Shown here: piece after piece, positions 1-10,748 of the stretch
Position numbering within the stretch: position 1 is the stretch's first letter
Layout: the number at the start of each line of letters is the position of its first letter
NCBI GenBank assembly: GCA_049304095.1
Contig: JBAQNU010000004.1
Coordinates: 8,594-72,593 of the forward strand
Reading direction: 5' to 3'
Length of the DNA: 64,000 nt
From: Candidatus Moraniibacteriota bacterium
GTDB lineage: Bacteria > Patescibacteriota > Minisyncoccia > Moranbacterales > UBA2206
Made by a program: the position numbers and the translations under genes
The notes under the pieces: model-generated
What the model saw: only the letters and a program-made list of their open reading frames with translations
Told to the model about the DNA's origin: nothing
Database searches by the model: none

Positions 1-1359
1 TATGACTCTAATTTGAAGGATTGCCTGGGTGATATAAAAAATTTATATACCAAATCCTTAGAGAATTCTCACACTAATTTCTATTTTTCACTATTGAGAT
101 TGTCCTTTCTGGGAAGATCTGCACAAACATTAAAAAGTATCATAGAAACAGGCATTGCGCTTAACTGCCTCTTTTTTGTCGTAGGCTTTTTCTTTTTCTA
201 TAAATTATTGCTTTTGCTCTATGAGGATCGCTTTCTCATTCTGGCTACCCTTTTTTGTGCGTCTGTTGCCGGAGGCGCCATCTCCAATACGATGTTTCTT
301 CGCCCCTATCAATTGCAATCGGCGATGCTTCTTATGCTGACATTTGTGATTGTAAAAATTATTGTTGAAAAAAAATTCACGCGAAAAATGTTTTGGACAC
401 TAGCTCTTTCCGTTTCTTTGGGATTACTTTCGGGATATTTCTCTATCATTTACATCATGCTCCTAATCTTGTTTATTTTATTTCATCATTTGCATCACAA
501 GGAGCGTGAAAAAATATCCTACTTCGGAGCTAGTTTTTTGACAGGAGCGATATTGACACCAATTTTGTATCCGAGATATTGGGTGGTTATCCTGCTGGGC
601 GCTAACCATGCCGGAGAAGCTTACACAAAAATGACATTCGGCTACTTTATTTCTCACCTGATTCCATCCACTCAACTTGTCTATAGATTTGTTTCTAGTT
701 ATGCTATCTATGGGCTGTCCCTTTTTCTATTACTTGTTATATTCAATGTACTTTTTATTTGGGCAAAAAGACAGAAGCTCGAAATCAACTATCTCGCCCT
801 AAATATTATCGTCATTGCTTTTCTATTTTCCGTGCTAACGATTTTGCTAGCACCTCTTCAAGCGATTCGCTATATTTTGCCCGTTTTTCCCCTACTAACC
901 TTGGCAATTCCATTGGGAATCGGTACTTTCAAAAATGATCTGCTAAAAAAAACCACTTTGTTTATTTTCATCATCCTATTCACACTCAATTGCTTTAATG
1001 ACAAAAAAATCAAGTACTTGTATGAAAACAAGGTGCCGGAAATTGATTTTTTAGCAGAAAGTGATGCTTCTGTTTGCATCTTGGGCGTGGCAAGCTGGAG
1101 ATTTTTAGAATGGACACCTTATGCCAAAGACGAACAAACATATCTATTCTTTCAAAAACCAGATGAATTTTTAAACTATATCAAAAACCACACTTCCACT
1201 CCCGGCTGTAACTATGCTATTATTGATACACTCTATGAAAAAGATAATCTTGAAGATATAAAAAATCACATAAGAAATAATTTCATTGTTTCCGACAGCC
1301 TTTTGACAGCTAAAGATGATGCGGTAGGGTTTGAGGTACTTAAATTACAATTAAAATAA
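1..1359 (+). CDS. 5'-partial polytopic membrane protein, GT-C-like glycosyltransferase candidate with C-terminal soluble domain
   Basis: Frame 1 is open to the window edge. There are at least 9 hydrophobic helices followed by a roughly 110-aa hydrophilic C-terminus. Context is a glycan locus. Confidence 0.5.
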   Translation, partial: YDSNLKDCLGDIKNLYTKSLENSHTNFYFSLLRLSFLGRSAQTLKSIIETGIALNCLFFVVGFFFFYKLLLLLYEDRFLILATLFCASVAGGAISNTMFLRPYQLQSAMLLMLTFVIVKIIVEKKFTRKMFWTLALSVSLGLLSGYFSIIYIMLLILFILFHHLHHKEREKISYFGASFLTGAILTPILYPRYWVVILLGANHAGEAYTKMTFGYFISHLIPSTQLVYRFVSSYAIYGLSLFLLLVIFNVLFIWAKRQKLEINYLALNIIVIAFLFSVLTILLAPLQAIRYILPVFPLLTLAIPLGIGTFKNDLLKKTTLFIFIILFTLNCFNDKKIKYLYENKVPEIDFLAESDASVCILGVASWRFLEWTPYAKDEQTYLFFQKPDEFLNYIKNHTSTPGCNYAIIDTLYEKDNLEDIKNHIRNNFIVSDSLLTAKDDAVGFEVLKLQLK

Positions 1360-1365
1360 TAACCT

Positions 1366-2337
1366 ATGAAAAAAGCGTTGATTACCGGGATACTTGGCCA
1401 AGATGGACCATATTTAGCTAAACTACTCCTGGAAAAAGATTATGAGGTCTATGGACTAATGCGGAGATATTCTTGTCCAAATTTTAGCAATACCGATTAT
1501 CTAGGTGTTACGGAAAAAATCAATTTTGTTTCCGGAGACTTGACGGATGAAGCTTCGATTATGCATATCATAAAAACCATCCGCCCGGACGAGGTATATA
1601 ATTTGGCGGCGCAATCTTTTGTCGGTTCTTCCTGGGAACAGTCAAAACTTACCACGGAAGTGAACGCACTTGGCGTGCTCTATTTGCTAAATGCAATCAA
1701 ATTTTTCTCACCCACCACAAGATTCTATCAAGCCTCTACTAGCGAGATGTTCGGCAACAGCCACGAAGAAGGCTTACAAAAAGAAGAAACTCCCTTTCAC
1801 CCCAGAAGTCCCTATGCGATAGCCAAGCTCTATGCCTATTGGATGACCATCAATTTCAAAGAAAGTTATGGCATGCATTGTTCTAATGGAATCCTATTTA
1901 ATCATGAGTCCCCTATCCGCGGAATAGAGTTTGTTACTCGCAAAATTTCTGATGGTGTAGTCAGAATAAAGTTGGGATTGGCAAATGAAATTCGCTTGGG
2001 CAATTTGGACAGTAAGCGAGATTGGGGTTTTGCCGGAGACTATGTTGAAGCAATGTGGCTGATGCTTCAGCAGGAAAAACCAGACAATTATATCGTCTCC
2101 ACCGGCGAAACACATTCGATCAGAGATTTTTTGGATCTCGCTTTCAATTGCGTGGGAATAACCGATTGGAAAGACTATGTCAAAATTGATCCCCGTTTCA
2201 AACGACCTGCTGAACTTTTTTCTCTGCACGGAACCAACAAAAAAGCGCAGGAAGTTTTGGGCTGGACACCAAAAGTGAAACTTGAAGAATTAGTAAAGAT
2301 GATGATGGACGCTGATCTAAAAAGATTGGAAAAATAA
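1366..2337 (+). CDS. gmd: GDP-mannose 4,6-dehydratase
   Basis: N-terminus ITGILGQDGPYLAKLLLEKDYEVYG (Rossmann GxxGxxG). Contains the SDR YxxxK motif (YAIAKLYAYW) and the NHESPIRG motif typical of Gmd. Confidence 0.9.
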   Translation: MKKALITGILGQDGPYLAKLLLEKDYEVYGLMRRYSCPNFSNTDYLGVTEKINFVSGDLTDEASIMHIIKTIRPDEVYNLAAQSFVGSSWEQSKLTTEVNALGVLYLLNAIKFFSPTTRFYQASTSEMFGNSHEEGLQKEETPFHPRSPYAIAKLYAYWMTINFKESYGMHCSNGILFNHESPIRGIEFVTRKISDGVVRIKLGLANEIRLGNLDSKRDWGFAGDYVEAMWLMLQQEKPDNYIVSTGETHSIRDFLDLAFNCVGITDWKDYVKIDPRFKRPAELFSLHGTNKKAQEVLGWTPKVKLEELVKMMMDADLKRLEK

Positions 2338-2338
2338 A

Positions 2339-3475
2339 ATGAAAAAGATTCTATTTTTATTCCCCCATTTTCTCTTGCCCGGTGGCGCGGCCAATTCCAC
2401 TGTTCGTTTTGCACGTGCGCTGAATGAAAAAGGTTATATTACTGAAATAATCTGCGCCGGAGCTAATCCTAATTTTCTCCAAGAAAACAAGGACTTGAAA
2501 TTTACAGTTCTTAATATCCCTGATAGTGGCACATTTTCCTATTGGGTTCTATTTCTTTTTTGGCAGATCAAGATCAACCATAAACTTTCACAATATCCTG
2601 ATTATATTTTCTTTCCCCAAGTGCTCCCTTCGAATTGGTGGGTCTGGTTTTTCAAACTGACACACAAAAATCAAAAGATTGTCTGGAATTGCAATGAACC
2701 AAGCGCCTTCATTCATTCAAAAACATGGATAAAAGCCATAAAAAATCCCCTGATGCGCGCCGGAGCCATTATTTTCAATCCTATTCTAAAAACAACGGAC
2801 ATCTATCTGGAAAAACAAAATAATTTTGTTTTTTGTAACAGTCGCTATTCCGCGTCTGATTATGAAAAAAGTTACCATAAAAAAGCTGACGCAGTTATTT
2901 ATCCGCCATCATACATCAAAACAGTTCCTTTGTCGGGAAATAAGCAAAACTATATTTTCACTGTCAGTCGCCTGTCGAAGTTCAAAAATGTCAATTTACT
3001 CGTCGAAGCATTTGCCAAAATAAGTGAAAAATTTCCAAACTACACATTGCTCATTGCTGGTGATGGAGAAGAAAAAGTAGCTCTACAAAAATTAGCAACT
3101 GACAAAAACCTCACCTCGCGCATCAAACTATTAGGCAAAGTTTCTGACGAAGATCTTTCACAGCTATACGCAAATGCCAGAGTGACGACGTTGTGCTCGA
3201 AAAATGAACCATTTGGACTTGTTCCGGTTGAATCGATGATGTATGGCACGCCAGTCATCGCCCACAAAAGTGGTGGGCCACTGGAAACAGTGCTTGACAC
3301 CAAAACTGGCTTTCTATATGCAACTACTGACGAGCTGGCGCTGTGCTTGGAGAAAATGCTAACATTGAATGATGAGAAATATGCTGAAATGCAAAAAGTG
3401 GCACAAATACAAGCAAAGGAATTTGATATCGCAAAATCAATGGAAAAATTAGAGGACGTTTTTAAAAAATTCTAG
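2339..3475 (+). CDS. GT4 (group 1) glycosyltransferase
   Basis: C-terminal EPFGLVPVESMMYGTPVIA motif (GT-B retaining family). One-nucleotide gap after gmd. Confidence 0.85.
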   Translation: MKKILFLFPHFLLPGGAANSTVRFARALNEKGYITEIICAGANPNFLQENKDLKFTVLNIPDSGTFSYWVLFLFWQIKINHKLSQYPDYIFFPQVLPSNWWVWFFKLTHKNQKIVWNCNEPSAFIHSKTWIKAIKNPLMRAGAIIFNPILKTTDIYLEKQNNFVFCNSRYSASDYEKSYHKKADAVIYPPSYIKTVPLSGNKQNYIFTVSRLSKFKNVNLLVEAFAKISEKFPNYTLLIAGDGEEKVALQKLATDKNLTSRIKLLGKVSDEDLSQLYANARVTTLCSKNEPFGLVPVESMMYGTPVIAHKSGGPLETVLDTKTGFLYATTDELALCLEKMLTLNDEKYAEMQKVAQIQAKEFDIAKSMEKLEDVFKKF

Positions 3476-3476
3476 T

Positions 3477-4286
3477 ATGAAACTATCCATAGTTACACCA
3501 AGTTATAACCAGGGCAAGTTTATCAAAAAAACATTCGAAAGTATTCTTGATCAAGCTATTGATTTTGAATTGGAATATATTTTGGTTGACGCTGTTTCCA
3601 CTGATGAAACGACAAAGATTATCGAGGAATTTATTCCCAAATTCAAGGCTAAAAATATTGAATTTATTTATATTTGCGAGAAAGACACAGGACAATCAAA
3701 CGCCATTAATAAAGGCTGGAAACTTGCAACGGGAGACATTCTAGCCTATCTTAATTCAGATGATTTCTATGAGCCAAACGTACTTCAAAAAATAATGAAC
3801 TATTTTATTCTCAACCCAAAAATTAAATGGGCTTATGGTGGGTGGAATTTTGTCAATAAAAATGGATTGCTGTATAAAAAAGTTCAGCCAACCATTTTTA
3901 AAAAACAAAGACTACTTGATTACTGCAATATCGGCCAGCCGAGTTGTTTTTTCAGAAAAGAATTATTAGAAAAATTTGGAATGCTTAATGAGGAATTGCA
4001 CCTAGCCATGGACTATGACCTATGGCTCAGATTTTCCACAAAATATCCTGCTGGAATTATGAGTTTTATCATTTCCAATATGCGTTATTATCCTGATGCA
4101 AAAAGTGGAGCAAAAACAATGGAGCATTTAAAAGAGGCTTTTGTACTATGTAAAAATTATTCGAAAATATTTTCTTGGCAGCGCTTTCGACAAATATTCT
4201 TTTTTATGCGTGGCTTTATGGTTGTTATTTCAAAAAAAGATATCACTAGGAGAGTGAACTCAATTAAGTCCATAAATCAAACTTAA
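3477..4286 (+). CDS. GT2 glycosyltransferase
   Basis: N-terminus LSIVTPSYNQGKFI plus a DAVSTDET(T) and NSDD (DxD-like) pattern of GT-A fold GT2 enzymes. Confidence 0.8.
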   Translation: MKLSIVTPSYNQGKFIKKTFESILDQAIDFELEYILVDAVSTDETTKIIEEFIPKFKAKNIEFIYICEKDTGQSNAINKGWKLATGDILAYLNSDDFYEPNVLQKIMNYFILNPKIKWAYGGWNFVNKNGLLYKKVQPTIFKKQRLLDYCNIGQPSCFFRKELLEKFGMLNEELHLAMDYDLWLRFSTKYPAGIMSFIISNMRYYPDAKSGAKTMEHLKEAFVLCKNYSKIFSWQRFRQIFFFMRGFMVVISKKDITRRVNSIKSINQT

Positions 4287-4294
4287 ACACGATT

Positions 4295-6418
4295 TTAACT
4301 TTGACACAAAACATAAGCCCCCGCCCTATATATTTCTCTGTCGCGACCCGAACAAACTCTATTGATTCCATACTTTGCCATTGAATCACCGGGAACTCTC
4401 AACTGCAGATAATTATTGTATACATATAATTCAGAAAAACTCGTGCTAACGGGCGTTTTTGGAGGTAGGGTATTTTTCGCATGATAATACACTCGAAACA
4501 AATCTCCGAAATATATAATATTTTGCAATTTAACTTCCCTGTCTTCACTTAATAGCGAAAGTGTTTTGGAAAGAGGAACTTTCCCAACATTTACAATAAA
4601 AAACGGCGCTGTCATGAAAAGCAAGCAAAGCACGAAAAAAAATCGATAGGCGGTATTCTCAATAATCTTCGCAAAATAAAAAATGGCCAAAATAATTCCG
4701 AAGAGGACAACGAGAATAAAAAGGAAATAATAAAATAACTCTATTTTATTAGCATAAAAGCTAACGTCCCTATCGATCTGGACAAAACTCATAATAAGCT
4801 TAAGTCCTAGACTGATTACGTCTTTCCTAAAAACACACAATAACAAAGCTCCCGCAAGCGATACCACAGAGAGCAATAATCTGTTTCTGAAAATATATTT
4901 AAATATGCTCCTTGCTATGGAGTCAAAATAGACAGCAACTAGTATTATTGAAAGTAGCGCCACAAACATATTATATTTTGGACTTCCAGACAAAACAATT
5001 GCCAGATCATTTTTATTTAGGTTAAGCGGATCGATAATAACAATGTAATAAATAGCCACAAATAACAGAATTGTTTTACCAAAGACAGAAGTCACTATCT
5101 CCTTAAGCTTCATTACTAAAATTAATAAAAAAGATAGAAAATAAAAACCATAGGCGCCCACATTGGTTATGGCCTGCAGTTTTCCTTTTAGGTATAAGTC
5201 CTTAAGGCTATTCATTTGATATGACTGAGCATGCATAGCTTTCACAGCCTGATCGCCCACCAACACCTGAGATGAGCCATTAGCATTAACAATTACACGA
5301 GTTGTCTTATCTGTCAGAGTACTAATCGTTGTTTCGTAGCCAAAAAAGCTCCTAATGGTATTTAGAAACATAAAACTAAAAGATTGCACCAACTCAAATG
5401 CACTAAAAAAAAGGCTTACACAGAATACAAGTAAGACTTGCTTGATTCTTTGCCAAAATGGTAGTTTTGAGAAAAAAAAGAGCGTTAGCAGAGAAAATAT
5501 TCCGATAAGAATTCCATGCATGTTCACGAAAGAATTCAATCCAAAAACAATACCCAATAGCACTTCTTTTTTTATGTCTCTATTTTTTTCCAAAATCAAC
5601 TCATATACAAGATAGATCCCGGCCAATGCAAAAAAATAGATGACAACCTCTTTATTGTTAAATATATAAAACCTTGTCATGTTCCAATAGAAAACGAAAA
5701 ATAGAAAAACAAGTATTCTAGACAAAAAAGGATCCTTTTTAAGTTCAATGGCAAGTCTGGAAACAACAAGTAGTAGCATTCCTATTAATAAATAATAATA
5801 ATACACGAAAAAAAAGCTAAATATAAAATAATTGCTCTCTTTCTGTCCAAGAAAAAACGAAGATGCCATAAAAGCCGGAATACCCGGGCGAATCATTTTA
5901 TTGTATGCGTATTGATTGGTGCCATTTAAAATAATTGCCCCTGACTCATACCAGCGAGCATCTTTACTTTGATACAATGCCTCACTTTGAGCAAAATACC
6001 AAGCTGAGTCATTTTCCGAGATAGGATAAACAAGCGCTTGAATAGAAAATATGATTGTAATCAACAGCACGATAGAATAAGCGCTATATTTTTTTATAGA
6101 AAAATCGTTTTTAATCGCCAGTGCGATACTTCGGTAAATATCACTGGCTTCTTTAATTTTATCTCGTGCAAAAAGTAATACGAAAAACCAAGCTGTCAAA
6201 AGGATAACTTCGTAAAAACTGCTACTTTTTTGAGGAAAAAACCAAATTAGATAATAGAAAAATAACCCACTTATTAATGGTCCGATTCCATAAGAAACAA
6301 GCAGTAGAAATGAGTTGCTGGTTTTTTCGTTCACTTTCCACTTCAACAAAAAAAGCCAAGTCAAATTAGCAGGAAGAACAAAAAATAATATTACTTTAAT
6401 AATACCCATATATAGCAA
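4295..6418 (-). CDS. large polytopic membrane protein (707 aa), GT-C-like / polymerase candidate
   Basis: More than 15 predicted TM helices with an ENDSAWY motif after an early TM. It is the last gene of a long minus-strand glycan operon. The C-terminal approximately 40 aa may be run-on. Confidence 0.55.
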   Translation of the reverse strand: MLYMGIIKVILFFVLPANLTWLFLLKWKVNEKTSNSFLLLVSYGIGPLISGLFFYYLIWFFPQKSSSFYEVILLTAWFFVLLFARDKIKEASDIYRSIALAIKNDFSIKKYSAYSIVLLITIIFSIQALVYPISENDSAWYFAQSEALYQSKDARWYESGAIILNGTNQYAYNKMIRPGIPAFMASSFFLGQKESNYFIFSFFFVYYYYLLIGMLLLVVSRLAIELKKDPFLSRILVFLFFVFYWNMTRFYIFNNKEVVIYFFALAGIYLVYELILEKNRDIKKEVLLGIVFGLNSFVNMHGILIGIFSLLTLFFFSKLPFWQRIKQVLLVFCVSLFFSAFELVQSFSFMFLNTIRSFFGYETTISTLTDKTTRVIVNANGSSQVLVGDQAVKAMHAQSYQMNSLKDLYLKGKLQAITNVGAYGFYFLSFLLILVMKLKEIVTSVFGKTILLFVAIYYIVIIDPLNLNKNDLAIVLSGSPKYNMFVALLSIILVAVYFDSIARSIFKYIFRNRLLLSVVSLAGALLLCVFRKDVISLGLKLIMSFVQIDRDVSFYANKIELFYYFLFILVVLFGIILAIFYFAKIIENTAYRFFFVLCLLFMTAPFFIVNVGKVPLSKTLSLLSEDREVKLQNIIYFGDLFRVYYHAKNTLPPKTPVSTSFSELYVYNNYLQLRVPGDSMAKYGINRVCSGRDREIYRAGAYVLCQS

Positions 6419-6430
6419 GATTTGTCTCTT

Positions 6431-7378
6431 TTATTTTAGTTTAATTTCGCAATATATGCAATCTCCCGATCTTCTATCGAAAAATTCATAAATTCTTAAT
6501 AAAATGGAGTAAAGGAGTTGTTTAGCCGCAGAAAAATCAAACTTAAAAGCCTCATTTGGCTTCCCTTTTTCGGATATTTTAAAATTTTTCTGAAGCAGAT
6601 ACCAGCCAGTTGGGGTGCAGGTAGAAAATTCAGTCATGACGAAACCGTACTTTTCGCACAAACTGGCTATGCCTTTTTTACTCAACAATGTTACGTGATA
6701 GGGCGTGTGCCAATTTATCCACCTAGCGCCATATTTTTTTCTGTATCGAGAATCAAAATTCGGCGTAGAAAAAATAATTCGGCCATTATTTTTTAAGCGT
6801 TTCTTGCAATTTTCAAAAAAATCATTTACATCATACTGATGTTCCAATGATTGCGCGGAAACAATATAGTCAAATTTATCCTTAATATCATTTAATTTGA
6901 TTGTTCCGTGAATCGCATTCAAATTATCTTTTTTTAATTTAGCAATCAAAGCTGCGTCAACCTCCAATCCGGTCCAATCTAAATTCTTGGCAGATGCGAC
7001 TTTTTTTAGTTTAGGAACGTAACCAGGACCTACTTCCAATACTTTTGAATTATCTTTAACATACTTAAGCAAGAACCTATTGCCCGCAAGCCATCCAACA
7101 ACCATTTCATCCAAGCCCATTTTCTCTAAAATCAATCCCAATTTATTTGGTCCAGCAGTTGGTTTATCCTTTTTTCCATAATACTTTCCATAAAGTTCGG
7201 CCAAGCTATCTTCTTGAATTTTATTCCCCAAGAAGGCCACATTACAATCATTGCAATAATAATATTCAAACAAATCTGGCTGTCCGAACCTGTCATCATA
7301 TTTCTGGATGAAAAACTCACTCTCAATTGATCCGCAAACTGGGCATTTTTTGTCTGAAACTTGCTTAAATTCTTCCAT
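6431..7378 (-). CDS. class I SAM-dependent methyltransferase with N-terminal zinc ribbon
   Basis: CPVCGS...CNDCN ribbon, then VLEVGPGYV (motif I) and a Rossmann methyltransferase core. Such genes are common in O-antigen clusters. Confidence 0.8.
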   Translation of the reverse strand: MEEFKQVSDKKCPVCGSIESEFFIQKYDDRFGQPDLFEYYYCNDCNVAFLGNKIQEDSLAELYGKYYGKKDKPTAGPNKLGLILEKMGLDEMVVGWLAGNRFLLKYVKDNSKVLEVGPGYVPKLKKVASAKNLDWTGLEVDAALIAKLKKDNLNAIHGTIKLNDIKDKFDYIVSAQSLEHQYDVNDFFENCKKRLKNNGRIIFSTPNFDSRYRKKYGARWINWHTPYHVTLLSKKGIASLCEKYGFVMTEFSTCTPTGWYLLQKNFKISEKGKPNEAFKFDFSAAKQLLYSILLRIYEFFDRRSGDCIYCEIKLK

Positions 7379-7399
7379 GGTTTTTTAGTTTTGTTAAGT

Positions 7400-8701
7400 T
7401 TATTTATTAGTCTTCGTGTAGCTCAATCTAATTATAAGTAAATTGAGAATAACGTAGAGACAGTAAGCCCACACGAAATAATTCAATGTTTTTGCGTCAG
7501 CCATAATCAAGACACTATAGATAGTAAAAAACAAAAGAGGGAGCCAGTAGGATATTTTTTTTAACCGCATATAGCTCTTTTCTATTGATGAAACTATGCT
7601 CCTATATAAACTGGTTATAATTTGCAAAAAGGCCGCAAAAGAGAAAATCAAGACATGGAGATTGTTAAATTGATATTTTGCGCCAAAAGCACTCATTATC
7701 GCGAAAGAAAACAGAAACATAAGCGCTGTTCCAGGAACCAGACTCAAAATCAACAACCTATCGACCTTTTTTATTATCACATCCTTATCTTCTATTTGAT
7801 TTATGGTGGGAGAAAAAACATTATCAAGTATTAAAATAATTTGACCAACGAAACCTGTCGTAGAAACAAGATAAGCGCTATAAATTCCAAGCTGCTCCAA
7901 ACCCAACGCTTTTCCAATAAAAATCCTGTCCATTGATACCATAACTATCCCTATTACCGTCAACACAATGGTTGCCCTGGAATATTTTATAATATTTTTG
8001 AATTTTTGCTTATCCCAACCAACCAACTGTCCGCTTATTTTTACAAAATAGATTATGCCTAGGCATAAATATCCCGCAATTAGAGAAAATATGTAATATT
8101 GATAGTTGCTTAATTTCAAAACAAAGAAAAAAAGCAAGAAAAAAAGCAAAATGATGATTCCTTCAATAATCTTCACTACCGATTGAAACTTAAAAAAATT
8201 AAAGCTCTTAATAAAACTGTCCAATAGAGATTTTAGATTTATTATAATTGCAAAAATGGTTGCCAACAAAAAAATATTTTTATCTACATGAAACAAGCCT
8301 GCTAGCTGAGAAGCGAAAAAAAGGAAAAATATGGATACACAAAAACTCGAACATAAAACAATGAAAAAAGAATTGGAAAGATACTGCCGCTTGTCTTCCA
8401 TTTCCTTGCTTGATGAAATATATTTTATCGAAGTTATATCCAATCCCAAAAGAATAAAAATAGATAGTATATTGACAATAATAAGCACTAAATTATATTT
8501 TCCATAACCAACTGGACCCAAAATTCTTCCCGCCAAAACATTTATTCCAAAAAGCATTAGCCCATTAAAAAATATTCCCAAAAATGACCAGGAAAGGTGC
8601 CCCAGGAAATCTCGCATAGTCGGACTCATCTCATGACCGAAGACCCACAAATGCACTGCTTCCAAAATTTCAAATATTTTATTTTTTGCGTGAAATAACA
8701 T
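7400..8701 (-). CDS. Wzx-like oligosaccharide flippase (MOP superfamily)
   Basis: 433 aa with about 12 TM helices and the typical polysaccharide-biosynthesis-protein layout. Sits in a GT operon. Confidence 0.7.
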   Translation of the reverse strand: MLFHAKNKIFEILEAVHLWVFGHEMSPTMRDFLGHLSWSFLGIFFNGLMLFGINVLAGRILGPVGYGKYNLVLIIVNILSIFILLGLDITSIKYISSSKEMEDKRQYLSNSFFIVLCSSFCVSIFFLFFASQLAGLFHVDKNIFLLATIFAIIINLKSLLDSFIKSFNFFKFQSVVKIIEGIIILLFFLLFFFVLKLSNYQYYIFSLIAGYLCLGIIYFVKISGQLVGWDKQKFKNIIKYSRATIVLTVIGIVMVSMDRIFIGKALGLEQLGIYSAYLVSTTGFVGQIILILDNVFSPTINQIEDKDVIIKKVDRLLILSLVPGTALMFLFSFAIMSAFGAKYQFNNLHVLIFSFAAFLQIITSLYRSIVSSIEKSYMRLKKISYWLPLLFFTIYSVLIMADAKTLNYFVWAYCLYVILNLLIIRLSYTKTNK

Positions 8702-8711
8702 AAATTATCAT

Positions 8712-9998
8712 TTAGTATTTACTGATTATCTCATAGATACCACCAGAAATTAGTCTGAGAACAATCACAACAGGCATTGTATCGCAATATGAAACTAATG
8801 ACCAGCCACATAGAGGCACGCCTATGAGGATAGGCATTGCATAGATCATGCTTACTGACTGTGGAAAAAAATAATCCCAAGCGCTATTTAGCTTAACGCT
8901 AATCCTTTTTATAAATTCCGGAAACAACATTGGGAGTGTTTTGTCTGGCATTATGACCAACACTGAAAATGACGAGGCAGTCCATAAAAATATCCAGCGC
9001 CCATAATCCCATCCTAAGATAAAAAGTGGAGCGGTCGCCATAAGCTGATAGACTAAAATACTGGAGATTCCTTCCCTTACGCAACTATCTGCACAAGCAC
9101 GCCTACGCATTGTCTTAATTTTACTAAAATTAGAAAGGAAAAAATATATCGAGAGAATAATAATAATCCACACGAGAGGTGCATAAAAACCATCATTGAA
9201 ATTTTCTAACGTTCGCAACGAAAAAGAAAGTCCTTGTTTTAATGAAAATGATAAGCCCTCTATTGCAGCTGGAACAACGTTATGATCTCCAGATTGAATG
9301 GGAAAGGAAATATTTTCCCACGACCTACATATCATTGACGAAATATTCATTGACCCTTTATAAAATAAACAAGCAAAAAAAGTTACTATAGCGGGAAATA
9401 ATTTTAACCCAGAAAAAAATACTGATTTCAAACTATTTCTTACTCCATCTATCTTGCTATGCGCGCTTAGAATAAGCATCGTAATTGGAAGACCAAAGAA
9501 ACCAATTGATTCGTGCATTAGCAATGCCACCATAAAAAGCAAATTCATTAGCAGGAGCTGCCCCCTTATTTTTTTTGTGGAGCAATGGATTGCCGCAATA
9601 AAAAAAAGTATTACTAAGACATCCTTTCTTACCCAAAAATCATTAATAATTGGCCCGCCAAGAAAAAAAACAAACGGTAACACCGTCAAAGAATAACCTT
9701 TTTTAATAAACGATTTTGCAAAAAAACCCGCCAACATCAAATAGGCAAAAAAACTCGTTGCCAATATTGCTCTATAGGGAGCGATATTGAAAAATATATA
9801 AGCTTTCAATATGATTTCCCCTGCTAGTCCCCTTCTCACAAAACCTCCTTCATAATTAATGAGCCATTCTGAGATTTGCCAGCTTTCTTTTGAATATCCT
9901 GTCCTAAGTTGTTTATAAAAATCTAGGCATAGAGCAATGGCAAGAAGAATATAAAATAAATAGAAATAAAAATATTTTTTTTGTAACAAAGCTTTCAT
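8712..9998 (-). CDS. polytopic membrane protein, Wzy/EpsG-like polymerase candidate
   Basis: 428 aa with about 10 TM helices, located between a flippase and a GT2. Confidence 0.5.
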   Translation of the reverse strand: MKALLQKKYFYFYLFYILLAIALCLDFYKQLRTGYSKESWQISEWLINYEGGFVRRGLAGEIILKAYIFFNIAPYRAILATSFFAYLMLAGFFAKSFIKKGYSLTVLPFVFFLGGPIINDFWVRKDVLVILFFIAAIHCSTKKIRGQLLLMNLLFMVALLMHESIGFFGLPITMLILSAHSKIDGVRNSLKSVFFSGLKLFPAIVTFFACLFYKGSMNISSMICRSWENISFPIQSGDHNVVPAAIEGLSFSLKQGLSFSLRTLENFNDGFYAPLVWIIIILSIYFFLSNFSKIKTMRRRACADSCVREGISSILVYQLMATAPLFILGWDYGRWIFLWTASSFSVLVIMPDKTLPMLFPEFIKRISVKLNSAWDYFFPQSVSMIYAMPILIGVPLCGWSLVSYCDTMPVVIVLRLISGGIYEIISKY

Positions 9999-10016
9999 AA
10001 AAAAATAATCTGCATT

Positions 10017-10748
10017 TTACCTTATTATTGGCGGTTTAAGTTTTAGTCGAAGAAAAAAATAGTGCAATAATACCTCAAGTGAATTTTTAATTGCTTTTTT
10101 GGAAACACTCGGCGATGGAGCCCTGTAGTGGATTGGGATCTCCGCGTAGCGACTATCGCGAAGCAAATAACGTAATTCCGTTTGATAAAAATGAGCTTTA
10201 GAAAGTAATCTATATGGGATAAATTTTTCAACTATGCCAGCATGAAATCCTTGAAAACCAGACGTCATATCATACATTTTAGTTCCCAATAGCATATTAG
10301 CCAGAATAGTGCCAGCCCTAGATAGGAATGTTCTTTTCCACGTGGAATCACAAATAGATCCTCCATTCATAAAGCAGCTACCAAAGGCACACTCATTTCC
10401 TTCATTTAGCACTCGCAGAAACATTGGAAGCGCTCTTGGATCATGCGACAGACCAGCATCCATCTCTATTATAATTGAATGGTTATTTTTTAATGCTTCC
10501 CTATAGCCTCGCATATACGCATCAACCACGTTCTTGTTTTCAGGTGCCCAAATCGTCACGAAACGTTCATCTGATGCCGACAAGTTATTACACAATTCCA
10601 GCGTATTGTCTTTTGACACTTCATCGACAACAAAATAAACCTTGCCACATTTGAGCATATTTAAAACTTCACTCAAAGAAGCAATAAAAAGATTGAATTC
10701 TTTTTGTTCATTTGCCATCGGCACTACCACCGCAAAATCAACCATCAT
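10017..10748 (-). CDS. GT2 polyprenyl-phosphate sugar synthase (DPM1/GtrB-like)
   Basis: VVVPMANE start and DAGLSHD (DxD). Soluble, short GT2. Overlaps the upstream GT-C gene by 4 nt. Confidence 0.75.
   Translation of the reverse strand: MMVDFAVVVPMANEQKEFNLFIASLSEVLNMLKCGKVYFVVDEVSKDNTLELCNNLSASDERFVTIWAPENKNVVDAYMRGYREALKNNHSIIIEMDAGLSHDPRALPMFLRVLNEGNECAFGSCFMNGGSICDSTWKRTFLSRAGTILANMLLGTKMYDMTSGFQGFHAGIVEKFIPYRLLSKAHFYQTELRYLLRDSRYAEIPIHYRAPSPSVSKKAIKNSLEVLLHYFFLRLKLKPPIIR

Noticed and set aside
8712-9998. GWDYG motif resembling the WWDYG motif of STT3/PglB/AglB oligosaccharyltransferases
   Set aside because: The protein is only 428 aa and the motif sits in a hydrophobic segment, not in a C-terminal periplasmic domain. 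Most likely a chance match.
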